A stretch of DNA of 32,000 bases from Promethearchaeum syntrophicum. GTDB taxonomy: Archaea > Asgardarchaeota > Lokiarchaeia > Sigyniarchaeales > Promethearchaeaceae. The position numbers were made by a program, and so were the translations under genes. Below are positions 25,207 through 32,000 of the stretch, in pieces. Every line of letters starts with the position of its first letter. Positions within the stretch are counted from its first letter, which is position 1. The stretch is from contig NZ_CP042905.2 of NCBI RefSeq assembly GCF_008000775.2, positions 1,710,001 to 1,742,000 of the forward strand. Direction: 5' to 3'. The notes under the pieces were generated by a model, which did no database searches, was not told the DNA's origin, and saw only the letters and a list, made by a program, of their open reading frames with translations.

Positions 25207-26283
25207 TTACAGCGATTCCAACGGATCACTGAGTTCAGCGGATTTACTGACGACCGCTTTCTTTTTGGAGGATTTCTTTTTTTTCGGAGACTTTTTTTTT
25301 GCAGGGGGGGTTGCTTTTTCTTCATCAAAAAGATATTCCACTTTTTCCGAATCCGAAATCCCCGCCTCCGTGATGAAAAAGGATGCAACTTCAGGAGGTA
25401 AATCAGGAGCATCCACAATAATTGCGGATCGTTCCAGACTCGTATTCGCCGAAAATCCTTTGGTCTTGAATTGAATGCGAAAATGACACCCGTGGGCCAC
25501 AATATTCCCTCCAATCGCATCGTTGGCACTATAAGTCCCCTTCATGAATGTAGCCACTTGGTTTGTCAGTAAAACCGCTACATTATGCGTTTCTGCAATT
25601 CGGGAAAGTTCGTGAATCATTTTGTTTAACACTTGTTGACGCGCCGCCAACATCCCAATCCCCACGTATTCCGACCGCATTAACGCCATCAAGGAATCAA
25701 CCACGATAAGACGGGCGTTTTTATCAATACACGCTTGTTCGGCAGCCCGAATCATTTGGAATTGATGATCGGTCGAATAAATCCTGGCATGGTAGATATT
25801 CCCTAGAATTTTTTGGGGATTAAATCCAAATCTTCGGGCGATTCGTTCGATTTTACTCTTGGAGAATGTGTTTTCCGTATCGATGTATAACACTGCTCCA
25901 TCCAATCCGCCCTCATTAATCGGCATTTGGCATGTGACGGCTAATGTATGAGCGAGATTGGTTTTTCCGCTTTTGAAGGCTCCAAACACTTCAGTGAGAC
26001 GACCGGTAGATACGCCCCCATTTAAGATCTCATCGAAATTCTTGCTTCCTGTGGTCAAAAAATCGTAATTCTCTACGATCTCGGACACTTGTTTGAACGA
26101 GGACATTCCCATGACATCCCGAGCATCCCAGATGAGTTTCTTTGAGGCTTTCCCGCTGATCCCCTCGATTTCTTCAAGGTCACCCGGAACACTCATGGAT
26201 AAGGCTTTGATATCGGTGATCCCGTTTTCTTGGAGGAGTTTGATCTGGCGGGGTTTGATGGAAGATAATTCTGCTAATTCCAT
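25207..26283 (-). CDS. radA: RadA recombinase with extra Lys-rich C-terminal tail
   Basis: N-terminal HhH domain (IKLLQENGITDIKALSM..LEEIEGISGKASKKL). Walker A GAFKSGKT. Also VLYIDTENTFSKSKIERIA, Walker B LIVVDSLMAL, and NQV...GGNIVAHGCHFRIQFK. I prefer ATG 26283 (MELAEL), which has TTTATAAA at 26305-26312. The ORF-track start is 26328. Confidence 0.92.
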   Translation of the reverse strand: MELAELSSIKPRQIKLLQENGITDIKALSMSVPGDLEEIEGISGKASKKLIWDARDVMGMSSFKQVSEIVENYDFLTTGSKNFDEILNGGVSTGRLTEVFGAFKSGKTNLAHTLAVTCQMPINEGGLDGAVLYIDTENTFSKSKIERIARRFGFNPQKILGNIYHARIYSTDHQFQMIRAAEQACIDKNARLIVVDSLMALMRSEYVGIGMLAARQQVLNKMIHELSRIAETHNVAVLLTNQVATFMKGTYSANDAIGGNIVAHGCHFRIQFKTKGFSANTSLERSAIIVDAPDLPPEVASFFITEAGISDSEKVEYLFDEEKATPPAKKKSPKKKKSSKKKAVVSKSAELSDPLESL

Positions 26284-26304
26284 GGAGGGGTTACTGGATA
26301 GTGA

Positions 26305-26312
26305 TTTATAAA
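26305..26312 (-). promoter_or_regulatory. TATA box of radA
   Basis: TTTATAAA lies 22-29 nt upstream of ATG 26283 and implies a leaderless mRNA. Confidence 0.45.
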
Positions 26313-26391
26313 GCCGAAATAAAAACATTTTTAGAATTCAAAAATTTTGAGGGCTCTTTTTTTTTATATGCTTCTACCAAAAGATAATTTC

Positions 26392-26619
26392 ATGGAAAAT
26401 ACCAAAGAATTTTGTGAAAATCTCAAGTTGTATGTGCAATTTTGGGAAAAGAAAAACAATGAAGATATTGTGGGATATTGCAGGAAAAATTTATTGAAAC
26501 CCGTAAAACTGCGAAAAAAAGATATTTATCGATGTATTTCCACAAAATTAAGCCAAGAACGTTCAGTGAGCAATTTTTCCTCAAAGGAATCTTCTATTGA
26601 GAATTATCATATGGTGTAA
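26392..26619 (+). CDS. Small hypothetical protein (doubtful)
   Basis: 75 aa from ATG 26392; the ORF-track start 26347 is TTG. Divergent from radA. No motif recognised. Confidence 0.3.
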   Translation: MENTKEFCENLKLYVQFWEKKNNEDIVGYCRKNLLKPVKLRKKDIYRCISTKLSQERSVSNFSSKESSIENYHMV

Positions 26620-26626
26620 ATTTCGG

Positions 26627-26947
26627 TTAATTTTTGTATACCCCCGAATCAATCGGGACTTCGTGGTTGGGTTTTATGGTATCCAAAAAATCCGCATGTG
26701 TGTTTTGGGGGGAGCCTTGAAATTTTTCCAATGTGTCATTAATTTTACCTAAACCCTCCTCGATTGATTTCTTTACATACAATGCATTCCGTCTTCCGCT
26801 TTGAACGATTAATTTATTATAATAGAAGCGACTCTTGCGATACTTGAAATAGATATAAAAAATAATAACGGCTATCCCAAGGAACGGGTTTTTTTGGAAA
26901 ACCAATGCCAGAAGAACGACGGCTAAAATGGTGGTGATGTGCCCCAT
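26627..26947 (-). CDS. Small membrane protein (two N-terminal TM helices)
   Basis: ITTILAVVLLALVF and FLGIAVIIFYIYF are hydrophobic segments. The ATG at 26947 lies 5 nt after the upstream stop and has GGTGA upstream. The ORF-track GTG at 26956 overlaps that stop. Confidence 0.6.
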   Translation of the reverse strand: MGHITTILAVVLLALVFQKNPFLGIAVIIFYIYFKYRKSRFYYNKLIVQSGRRNALYVKKSIEEGLGKINDTLEKFQGSPQNTHADFLDTIKPNHEVPIDSGVYKN

Positions 26948-26952
26948 AATCT

Positions 26953-27738
26953 TCACCCCGTCTCCGCAAAAATATCTACCATTTTCTTCCTTAAAAACCA
27001 GTCTTTAACCCAAATGCCTTCTTTTGAAAGACTCTGGTTCTGATCTATACACGAATTGGGAACCCAGATGCTTATGAGGTCGGCGATATGGAAATTAATG
27101 GCTTTGGCGCGTTCTTCATTGATCGCTCCTGGAAGCAGTTTAAATTCTTCATTGGTTCTTAGGGAATTATACCACTGCTCAGGATCAATTTCGATCTTTT
27201 TTTCTTGAGGGGTTTCATCCAATTCTTCTGGATATTCGGGAATAGGGCTGTTTGACAAATCTTGAATTTCATTCTCTCGTGTATTCTTTTGCTGACCCGG
27301 TTGGGATGTACTTTCTTTAGGGGAGCCGATTTTAGAGGGCATCTTTGAACCGGTGGCATGAATGATTTTCTCGTGGTAAATATGATCCAACAAATCGGTA
27401 AACAATTCAGATTCAGGAAATTTGAGCTGTTTGGCATATCCCGAAATGATAAACGAAATTATGTTATTCTTATTTTCAACGGTGATGGAGGTGATCTCTT
27501 CTCCGAATTTATGGACGGTCGACCATTTAGTATTTTGCGTTCGAAAAATCCGTAAAATGGCGATCATTTCCAGGAGATTTAGTTTGATGTTTTTCCCTTG
27601 TCCTAATGATGGTTTTTCCCAACTCCCATCTGGTTTTTTTTTTAGAAATCGCAGATAGAGGCACGGTTGGTCAATTTCGGCAGAATCGAGGAGTAACCCT
27701 GTTTTTTGCCCGAAGAACGAATAGTTATGATGGTTCAT
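26953..27738 (-). CDS. Hypothetical protein; N-terminal half possibly a Whirly/PUR-alpha-like beta4-alpha repeat nucleic-acid-binding fold
   Basis: 261 aa. Two consecutive beta-beta-beta-beta-alpha-like segments (TGLLLDS..CLYLRFLKK..W..KNIKLNLLEMIAILRIF and WSTVHKF..ITSITVEN..IISFIISG..KFPESELFTDLLDHIY), then an acidic/Pro linker and a C-terminal domain. TATA at 27760-27768. The fold call is inference only. Confidence 0.65.
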   Translation of the reverse strand: MNHHNYSFFGQKTGLLLDSAEIDQPCLYLRFLKKKPDGSWEKPSLGQGKNIKLNLLEMIAILRIFRTQNTKWSTVHKFGEEITSITVENKNNIISFIISGYAKQLKFPESELFTDLLDHIYHEKIIHATGSKMPSKIGSPKESTSQPGQQKNTRENEIQDLSNSPIPEYPEELDETPQEKKIEIDPEQWYNSLRTNEEFKLLPGAINEERAKAINFHIADLISIWVPNSCIDQNQSLSKEGIWVKDWFLRKKMVDIFAETG

Positions 27739-27780
27739 ACCCTTTTTACTTTAGAGGGGTTTATAAAATCAGAATCTATG

Positions 27781-27815
27781 AAAAAAAATAAAAAAAACAA
27801 AAAAAACAAAAAAAA
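27781..27815. repeat. Phased homopolymer array A8-T-A8-C-A8-C-A8 (9-bp period)
   Basis: Read directly from the sequence. It lies 43-77 bp upstream of ATG 27738, just beyond its TATA box. Confidence 0.8.
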
Positions 27816-28119
27816 TTTCAAAGGCATCTCGTAATAGTAATTTTTTATATTTCAGATTAAACTCTTTATGACTGCAAATATTTAAAAAATTCAGATTATT
27901 TATAATTGCGAGCAAAAAATAGGTGCAATTTTAGAAAAATACAAGATAACAGTTGAAAATGTGAGTATAGTGGAAATACATTTAGTACCAAGTCATTCAA
28001 GTGGAAAATAGCTAAGGCTAAATCTATAGTGGTTGGATTGAATAAATTTTAACTAAGATTTATTGCACTTTTTAATCTATAAAAAAAAAAGGGAAAAAAA
28101 ATTGAAATTGGGGATTATT

Positions 28120-28860
28120 CTATTCGAACGGAATGGGATCAATGGGAGGCTTAGGTGGAATATCTCCTCCACCACCTTGGTCTAAAGAAATAGATACTGT
28201 ACCCCAATTAATATATTGCAAATGATAAAGAAAGAATCCATCATCACCTATCAAGAGGGGTTCATAATCAATAATTGCTCTATCGCAAAAAATAGGTTTT
28301 AACCCTGAATTCACAAATGTAAATCGAGAAGTTATGTCTTGTTCTTCACAACATGCATCTTCATGTCCTGCCGCGGCAACTAAGGTAATACTAAACGAAA
28401 ACCGGCCTTCAAAATGCCCTGTTTCAAAATGTATCTTCCTGTCAAGAGCATTTGGCCGTACTTTCACTAAATCCGAAGCCCCTGTGGTAACTTCAATATT
28501 GAACCCTGATATTAGACCATTCCATTTCCATTCCTCAGAGGCGAGGCTAGTTACCATTACATAAGCAATAAACCCAACACCATCTTCATTATTGTCGGGA
28601 TCACGAGGATTTATGTATTTATCAGAACCAGAGACTGTTATTTTAAGACGAGGTACACCATCGGTAGTCATATAGTGGTCAGCTATAACCGTCCAACCAA
28701 CATATTCTTCAGCAATCGTTGATTTCGATTTTATACTATGAAATACACTGAAAGTATCCAGACTGGATGATTCAGCACTTACACTTGGGATTGTTCCAAT
28801 AGAAATGGACAATCCAATAAAGAAAACAACAAGTAGCCACTTTTTATTTGGTTTTCTCAT
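28120..28860 (-). CDS. Secreted hypothetical protein (signal peptide, Pro-rich C-terminus)
   Basis: MRKPNKKWLLVVFFIGLSISIGTIPSVSA-ESSS is signal-peptide-like. The C-terminus is GGGGDIPPKPPIDPIPFE. I prefer ATG 28860 over TTG 28869. Confidence 0.75.
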   Translation of the reverse strand: MRKPNKKWLLVVFFIGLSISIGTIPSVSAESSSLDTFSVFHSIKSKSTIAEEYVGWTVIADHYMTTDGVPRLKITVSGSDKYINPRDPDNNEDGVGFIAYVMVTSLASEEWKWNGLISGFNIEVTTGASDLVKVRPNALDRKIHFETGHFEGRFSFSITLVAAAGHEDACCEEQDITSRFTFVNSGLKPIFCDRAIIDYEPLLIGDDGFFLYHLQYINWGTVSISLDQGGGGDIPPKPPIDPIPFE

Positions 28861-29001
28861 TTTTATCAAATTCCATGAATTCGTGTGAAAAAAACGAATT
28901 CATAAAAAAAAAATAAAATCACACTATATATTTGTTTGGGATACTATCAATTAATATTGAAAATGACATATTTAAAGTTAAAAAAAACATATAATCAAAA
29001 G

Positions 29002-29115
29002 TTACATGTTGGACGCGGCTTCTTCAAAAAACCAATCTATATAAAAAAAGGCAGATAGGCAAAGTAAAGCAATCCCGACAACAGTTCCCCAGAAAAATAA
29101 AGTTTTTTTTCTCAT
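29002..29115 (-). CDS. 37-aa single-TM micro-protein (below ORF-track cutoff)
   Basis: Translation: MRKKTLFFWGTVVGIALLCLSAFFYIDWFFEEAASNM*. TTTTATATAC (29139-29148, minus) is centred ~29 nt upstream of the ATG. Confidence 0.35.
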   Translation of the reverse strand: MRKKTLFFWGTVVGIALLCLSAFFYIDWFFEEAASNM

Positions 29116-29167
29116 GGTAAAGAATTAAAAAAACTGGAGTATATAAAATCGAAATTAATTTTCAATA

Positions 29168-29752
29168 CTAGATAAATTGATTGTAAAAAATGGATATTTT
29201 TTGAGTAAGCGCTAAGATTACTCCATTGATATCATTGTTAAAAGAAAATTCATTCTCAGAACTGAAATCCCCAGAAAGATTATCTTCTCCAACCAACTCA
29301 TAAATCATAAGTTTGATGATATTTTTCTCACATCCTAAAATTTCAGCGATTTCGTTTAATGGAATTGTCTTTTTAATTTTAATCACTCCTTTAACTTGAT
29401 TCAAAATATTAGGAAGTTGAATTTGATCTTTTTGGACAACTACATTACTTGATTCAACACTTTCTCCTTCTGTTCCAACATCTTTATCGTCCTCCACTTC
29501 AATTTGTTGCTCTATTATCTTTTTTAACACATTTGGGAGTATTTTATCAATGGCTTTTTCAGTGAATACATTCATTGGAATAAATTTTCCCAAAAAATTC
29601 TTTATTTTAGGACTTATTTCATCCAATATTGCATCTACCCCTAGATCAACCAGTTTCTTAGCCGCCTCTGGGTTTTCATCCAGAAATTGTCTTATATATT
29701 TTTCAACTTTCTGAGTCAATTTTGACCGATTGGATGTTGTACCTAATCCCAT
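29168..29752 (-). CDS. Hypothetical protein with C-terminal winged-helix-like module
   Basis: 194 aa. IPLNEIAEILGCEKNIIKLMIYELVGEDNLSGDF resembles an HTH + wing followed by 'G.l.G.id'. An acidic central linker is present. Divergent from fen. Confidence 0.65.
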   Translation of the reverse strand: MGLGTTSNRSKLTQKVEKYIRQFLDENPEAAKKLVDLGVDAILDEISPKIKNFLGKFIPMNVFTEKAIDKILPNVLKKIIEQQIEVEDDKDVGTEGESVESSNVVVQKDQIQLPNILNQVKGVIKIKKTIPLNEIAEILGCEKNIIKLMIYELVGEDNLSGDFSSENEFSFNNDINGVILALTQKISIFYNQFI

Positions 29753-29826
29753 ACGTTATATTTTCAAGCTTCATTTAATAAATTTCTATTTTTGTTATTA
29801 AAAACACACACTTAGAATAATCTTGC

Positions 29827-31086
29827 ATGGGAGTAAAATTAAAAAAACTTATAGAATCTTCGTTTATTCCTCTAACGGAAATCAAAGGAACCAAAGTTGC
29901 GGTGGATGGGATGAACATGCTTTTTCAAATTCTTTATAATCCTTACCAAATGGCACAAAAACTCCCCGATATTTTCTACATGGATTCCACCCAGCGCGTA
30001 ATTACTCACCTCTATGGATGGTTGCAAAAGATCACCCAATTCTATAAAGCCAATATCTTTCCTGTGATTGTGTTTGATGGTAAACCCGATCCTTACAAAC
30101 GACTCACAACCAAAGATTATGCTCGGGATTATTTGGCGGTAAAAAAAAAATATGAGAACGCAATTGAAAAAGGAGACTCTCAAAGGGCAAAAAAATTCGC
30201 CTTATCCAAATCGTTCATGTTCCTAAATTGCATCCACGAATCCAAACTACTGCTCGAAATGTGTGGAATTCCTGTCATAATGGCCCCCTCCGAAGCCGAA
30301 GCCCAATGTGTGTCCCTCCAAAAAGAAGGGTTGGTCGAGTATGTGGTATCCACTGATTTTGATGTCATGTTGTACGGATCCCCACAAATTATCCGAAAAA
30401 TTACCTTTCAAAGCCGAAAAAAAATCCAAGGCAAGTGGGTATCCTATCAACCTAATATTGAACTGATTGAGACCTTTGCGAATTTGGATCGCATGGAAAT
30501 TACCCTTAAGCAGTTGGTTGACCTAAGTATTTTGGTGGGTAATGATTATTATCCAGGAGTCAAAAAAATCGGTCCATCGAAAGCCCTGCAGTCCATTAAG
30601 TATTTTAAGACTCTGGAGCGGATCATGCACAAACACCCGCATTTATTTTCCAATCTTTCACTCCAAAAAATTCACCGCATCCGGGAAATGTTTCAAAATC
30701 CCGAAGTTATCCGAAAACCCAAAATAACCCCTCACCCACTTAATCTGGATGGATTAAGAAAATTAATGACCGATGATCATTCATTAAATTCAGAACGAGT
30801 AGAAAAAAGGTTAACAACTTTAGAAAAAAGGCACACAAAGATGGCCAAGAAGTGGGATTTCGAATTGGAAAAACTCATTTATGAAAGAGATAATAACACC
30901 AATAAATTCCTGCAAAGACAGTTGGATCGCGCCAAAAAGAAGATTCCCGATAGATTTACTCCGAAATTAGAATTTATATCAGCCATCAATTACAAAAAAT
31001 CAAAAACCAAATCAAAACGAAAGCCACGAGTCCAACAAAAAATATATCATAAAAAATTAATTTTGAAACACAAAAAGGAGGTATAA
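29827..31086 (+). CDS. fen: FEN-1 flap endonuclease (XPG/Rad2 family) with long Lys-rich C-terminal extension
   Basis: XPG-N MGVKLKKLI...KVAVDGMNMLFQ, VFDGKPDPYK. XPG-I GIPVIMAPSEAEAQCVSL...VVSTDFDVMLYGSP. H3TH LVGNDYYPGVKKIGPSKAL. It is 419 aa versus about 330-350 aa for typical archaeal FEN-1. Confidence 0.92.
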   Translation: MGVKLKKLIESSFIPLTEIKGTKVAVDGMNMLFQILYNPYQMAQKLPDIFYMDSTQRVITHLYGWLQKITQFYKANIFPVIVFDGKPDPYKRLTTKDYARDYLAVKKKYENAIEKGDSQRAKKFALSKSFMFLNCIHESKLLLEMCGIPVIMAPSEAEAQCVSLQKEGLVEYVVSTDFDVMLYGSPQIIRKITFQSRKKIQGKWVSYQPNIELIETFANLDRMEITLKQLVDLSILVGNDYYPGVKKIGPSKALQSIKYFKTLERIMHKHPHLFSNLSLQKIHRIREMFQNPEVIRKPKITPHPLNLDGLRKLMTDDHSLNSERVEKRLTTLEKRHTKMAKKWDFELEKLIYERDNNTNKFLQRQLDRAKKKIPDRFTPKLEFISAINYKKSKTKSKRKPRVQQKIYHKKLILKHKKEV

Positions 31087-31289
31087 AAAAAATAGATCTA
31101 CTCAAAAAAGAATTAAATTTGCATATCTTGACTCCATTGTTCCTTGCATTCTATAGAGCAAAATTTATAATTTTGTTGTTCTTGACATTTGTTGATGTGG
31201 GTTTTAAACCGTTTCGGGAGCGGTTTCAAGCATATTTCACACTGAAGATATTCCGAAGGATTCAACCTTTTCACAAGAATCACCAAAAG

Positions 31290-31411
31290 ATGACCAAATT
31301 TTAGCGAAGTCTCTAAAATTTCTTTTTTGTGTGAAATGTGGACATAAAAATACTGTTACAGACCGCTTCTGTAAAAATTGTGGCAGGGAAATAAACGAAT
31401 CTCCTGATTAA
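31290..31411 (+). pseudogene. Zinc-ribbon mini-gene separated from its ATG by a 1-nt frame offset in a T4 run
   Basis: Frame 2 encodes ...LAKSLKFLFCVKCGHKNTVTDRFCKNCGREINESPD* with no in-frame start back to the stop at 31205. ATG 31290 (MTKF*) would join it if the T4 run at 31299-31302 were T5. T8 and T11 terminator-like runs follow. Confidence 0.3.
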
Positions 31412-31425
31412 AAATAATCCTGTCG

Positions 31426-31455
31426 TTTTTTTTATTATTATTTCTTTTTTTTTTT
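31426..31455 (+). terminator. Oligo-T tracts (T8, T11)
   Basis: The runs lie 15-45 nt after the zinc-ribbon stop codon. Confidence 0.4.
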
Positions 31456-31498
31456 CTTCAGATTTTGATATTATAAATACCAACTAACTAACATTTCC

Positions 31499-31810
31499 AT
31501 GGAATCCACTTTACGATCCCAAACCGTCCCTATCAACCCGCGTGAAATTAAAAAACATTCCGTTCTTTCTCAGAAATGCCCCATTTGTAAGCAAGAAATA
31601 TCATTTGGCGTCGAACACGGGTTTTTAGAGAAAGTCGAACGATATCCTTATCCTCATGTGATTTTACATGGGGATCCGCTTCATGCACTTATAGTCTATA
31701 TTGATGCGGATTTTCTGATTCGGGGGGCGGACACGGCGCGAAGTATTGAAATTCACCGCAATAGCAATACTTTTTCGCAGATCATTAAGAAGTGGAGTAA
31801 TCCATATTAA
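31499..31810 (+). CDS. Small hypothetical protein with CxxC motif
   Basis: 103 aa containing CPICKQ and His-rich YPYPHVILHGDPLH. attataaata lies ~24 nt upstream of the ATG. Confidence 0.6.
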   Translation: MESTLRSQTVPINPREIKKHSVLSQKCPICKQEISFGVEHGFLEKVERYPYPHVILHGDPLHALIVYIDADFLIRGADTARSIEIHRNSNTFSQIIKKWSNPY

Positions 31811-31835
31811 TCAAATAAAAAAGGAGAAAAAACCT

Positions 31836-32000
31836 ATGGCAACCCAAACCCAAACCCAAGTTCGAAATCACGATTCGAATCGAAAATTTGTTCGGTGTGC
31901 AATGTGTGAAAACGAAGCAACTCAACAACATTTTGTGGATGCGGCAGGCGGAATCTTGTGTGTGTGTGATAATTGTAATTTCATTTTAGAACTCAAAGAT
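31836..32000 (+). CDS. Partial Cys-rich hypothetical protein (runs off window end)
   Basis: ATG 31836 is preceded by AAGGAG (31821-31826). The frame is open to the window edge: MATQTQTQVRNHDSNRKFVRCAMCENEATQQHFVDAAGGILCVCDNCNF... Confidence 0.5.
   Translation, partial: MATQTQTQVRNHDSNRKFVRCAMCENEATQQHFVDAAGGILCVCDNCNFILELKD

Noticed and set aside
25185-25529. 114-aa and 69-aa ORFs overlapping the radA 3' end
   Set aside because: These are shadow frames of the radA Lys-rich tail: the AAG/AAA repeats read as poly-F/L/K. They are low-complexity and lie entirely inside a confidently identified gene.
30913-30936. QRQLDRAK in FEN-1 as a PIP box
   Set aside because: It has the Qxx[L] core but lacks the aromatic pair, so it cannot be called a canonical PIP box.
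31203-31209. TTTAAAC heptamer (classical -1 slippery sequence) near the junction of the TM-like ORF 31119..31304 and the zinc-ribbon frame
   Set aside because: In the frame where it is a proper X_XXY_YYZ site, the -1 shift leads into the 31119 ORF frame and not into the zinc-ribbon frame. The upstream ORF also has only a TTG start. It is probably coincidental in AT-rich DNA.
1-32000. Search for CRISPR arrays, rRNA, tRNA, reverse transcriptase/retron/DGR signatures
   Set aside because: I saw no regularly spaced direct repeats, no rRNA-like or tRNA-like segments, and no RT motifs (YxDD) in any long ORF.

Overview
AT-rich (roughly 30% G+C by eye), gene-dense archaeal chromosomal window. By inference it comes from an Asgard (Lokiarchaeia-like) archaeon. 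Archaeal recombination and repair genes (RadA, a short XPF/ERCC4 nuclease with a C-terminal PIP-like box, FEN-1, a Hel308/Ski2-like helicase, a RadB/Rad51-paralogue-like ATPase) sit beside three Ras/Rab-like small-GTPase loci: one intact, one decayed, one lacking the P-loop. The window also holds a classical C2H2-spaced zinc-finger protein, a METTL16/RlmF-family methyltransferase and a PGF-CTERM-type surface protein. The left 5.5 kb carries three tandem paralogues of a polytopic membrane protein ending in a zinc ribbon. A compositionally foreign (GC-rich) IS110-family element lies between copies 1 and 2, and its ~345-nt 5' non-coding region is a candidate bridge RNA. The most interesting candidates are: (1) a minus-strand operon (24300->20552, possibly to 19849) that translationally couples a Rad51-paralogue-like ATPase to a Hel308/HELQ-like helicase carrying an embedded SWIM zinc finger, within 1 kb of radA; (2) a divergent module at 8449-14293 (979-aa unknown protein <-> C2H2 finger protein + 709-aa P-loop ATPase with a split nucleotide-binding domain); (3) a 139-nt four-stem RNA candidate (24426-24564) with its own TATA box. 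Start codons were re-evaluated using a pattern seen repeatedly here: first genes have a TATA box about 27 nt upstream of the ATG (leaderless), and internal cistrons have a GGAGG plus a 4-nt start/stop overlap. I saw no CRISPR array, rRNA or tRNA. Many proteins have no family I can recognise. All family calls come from motifs read by eye, not from database searches.
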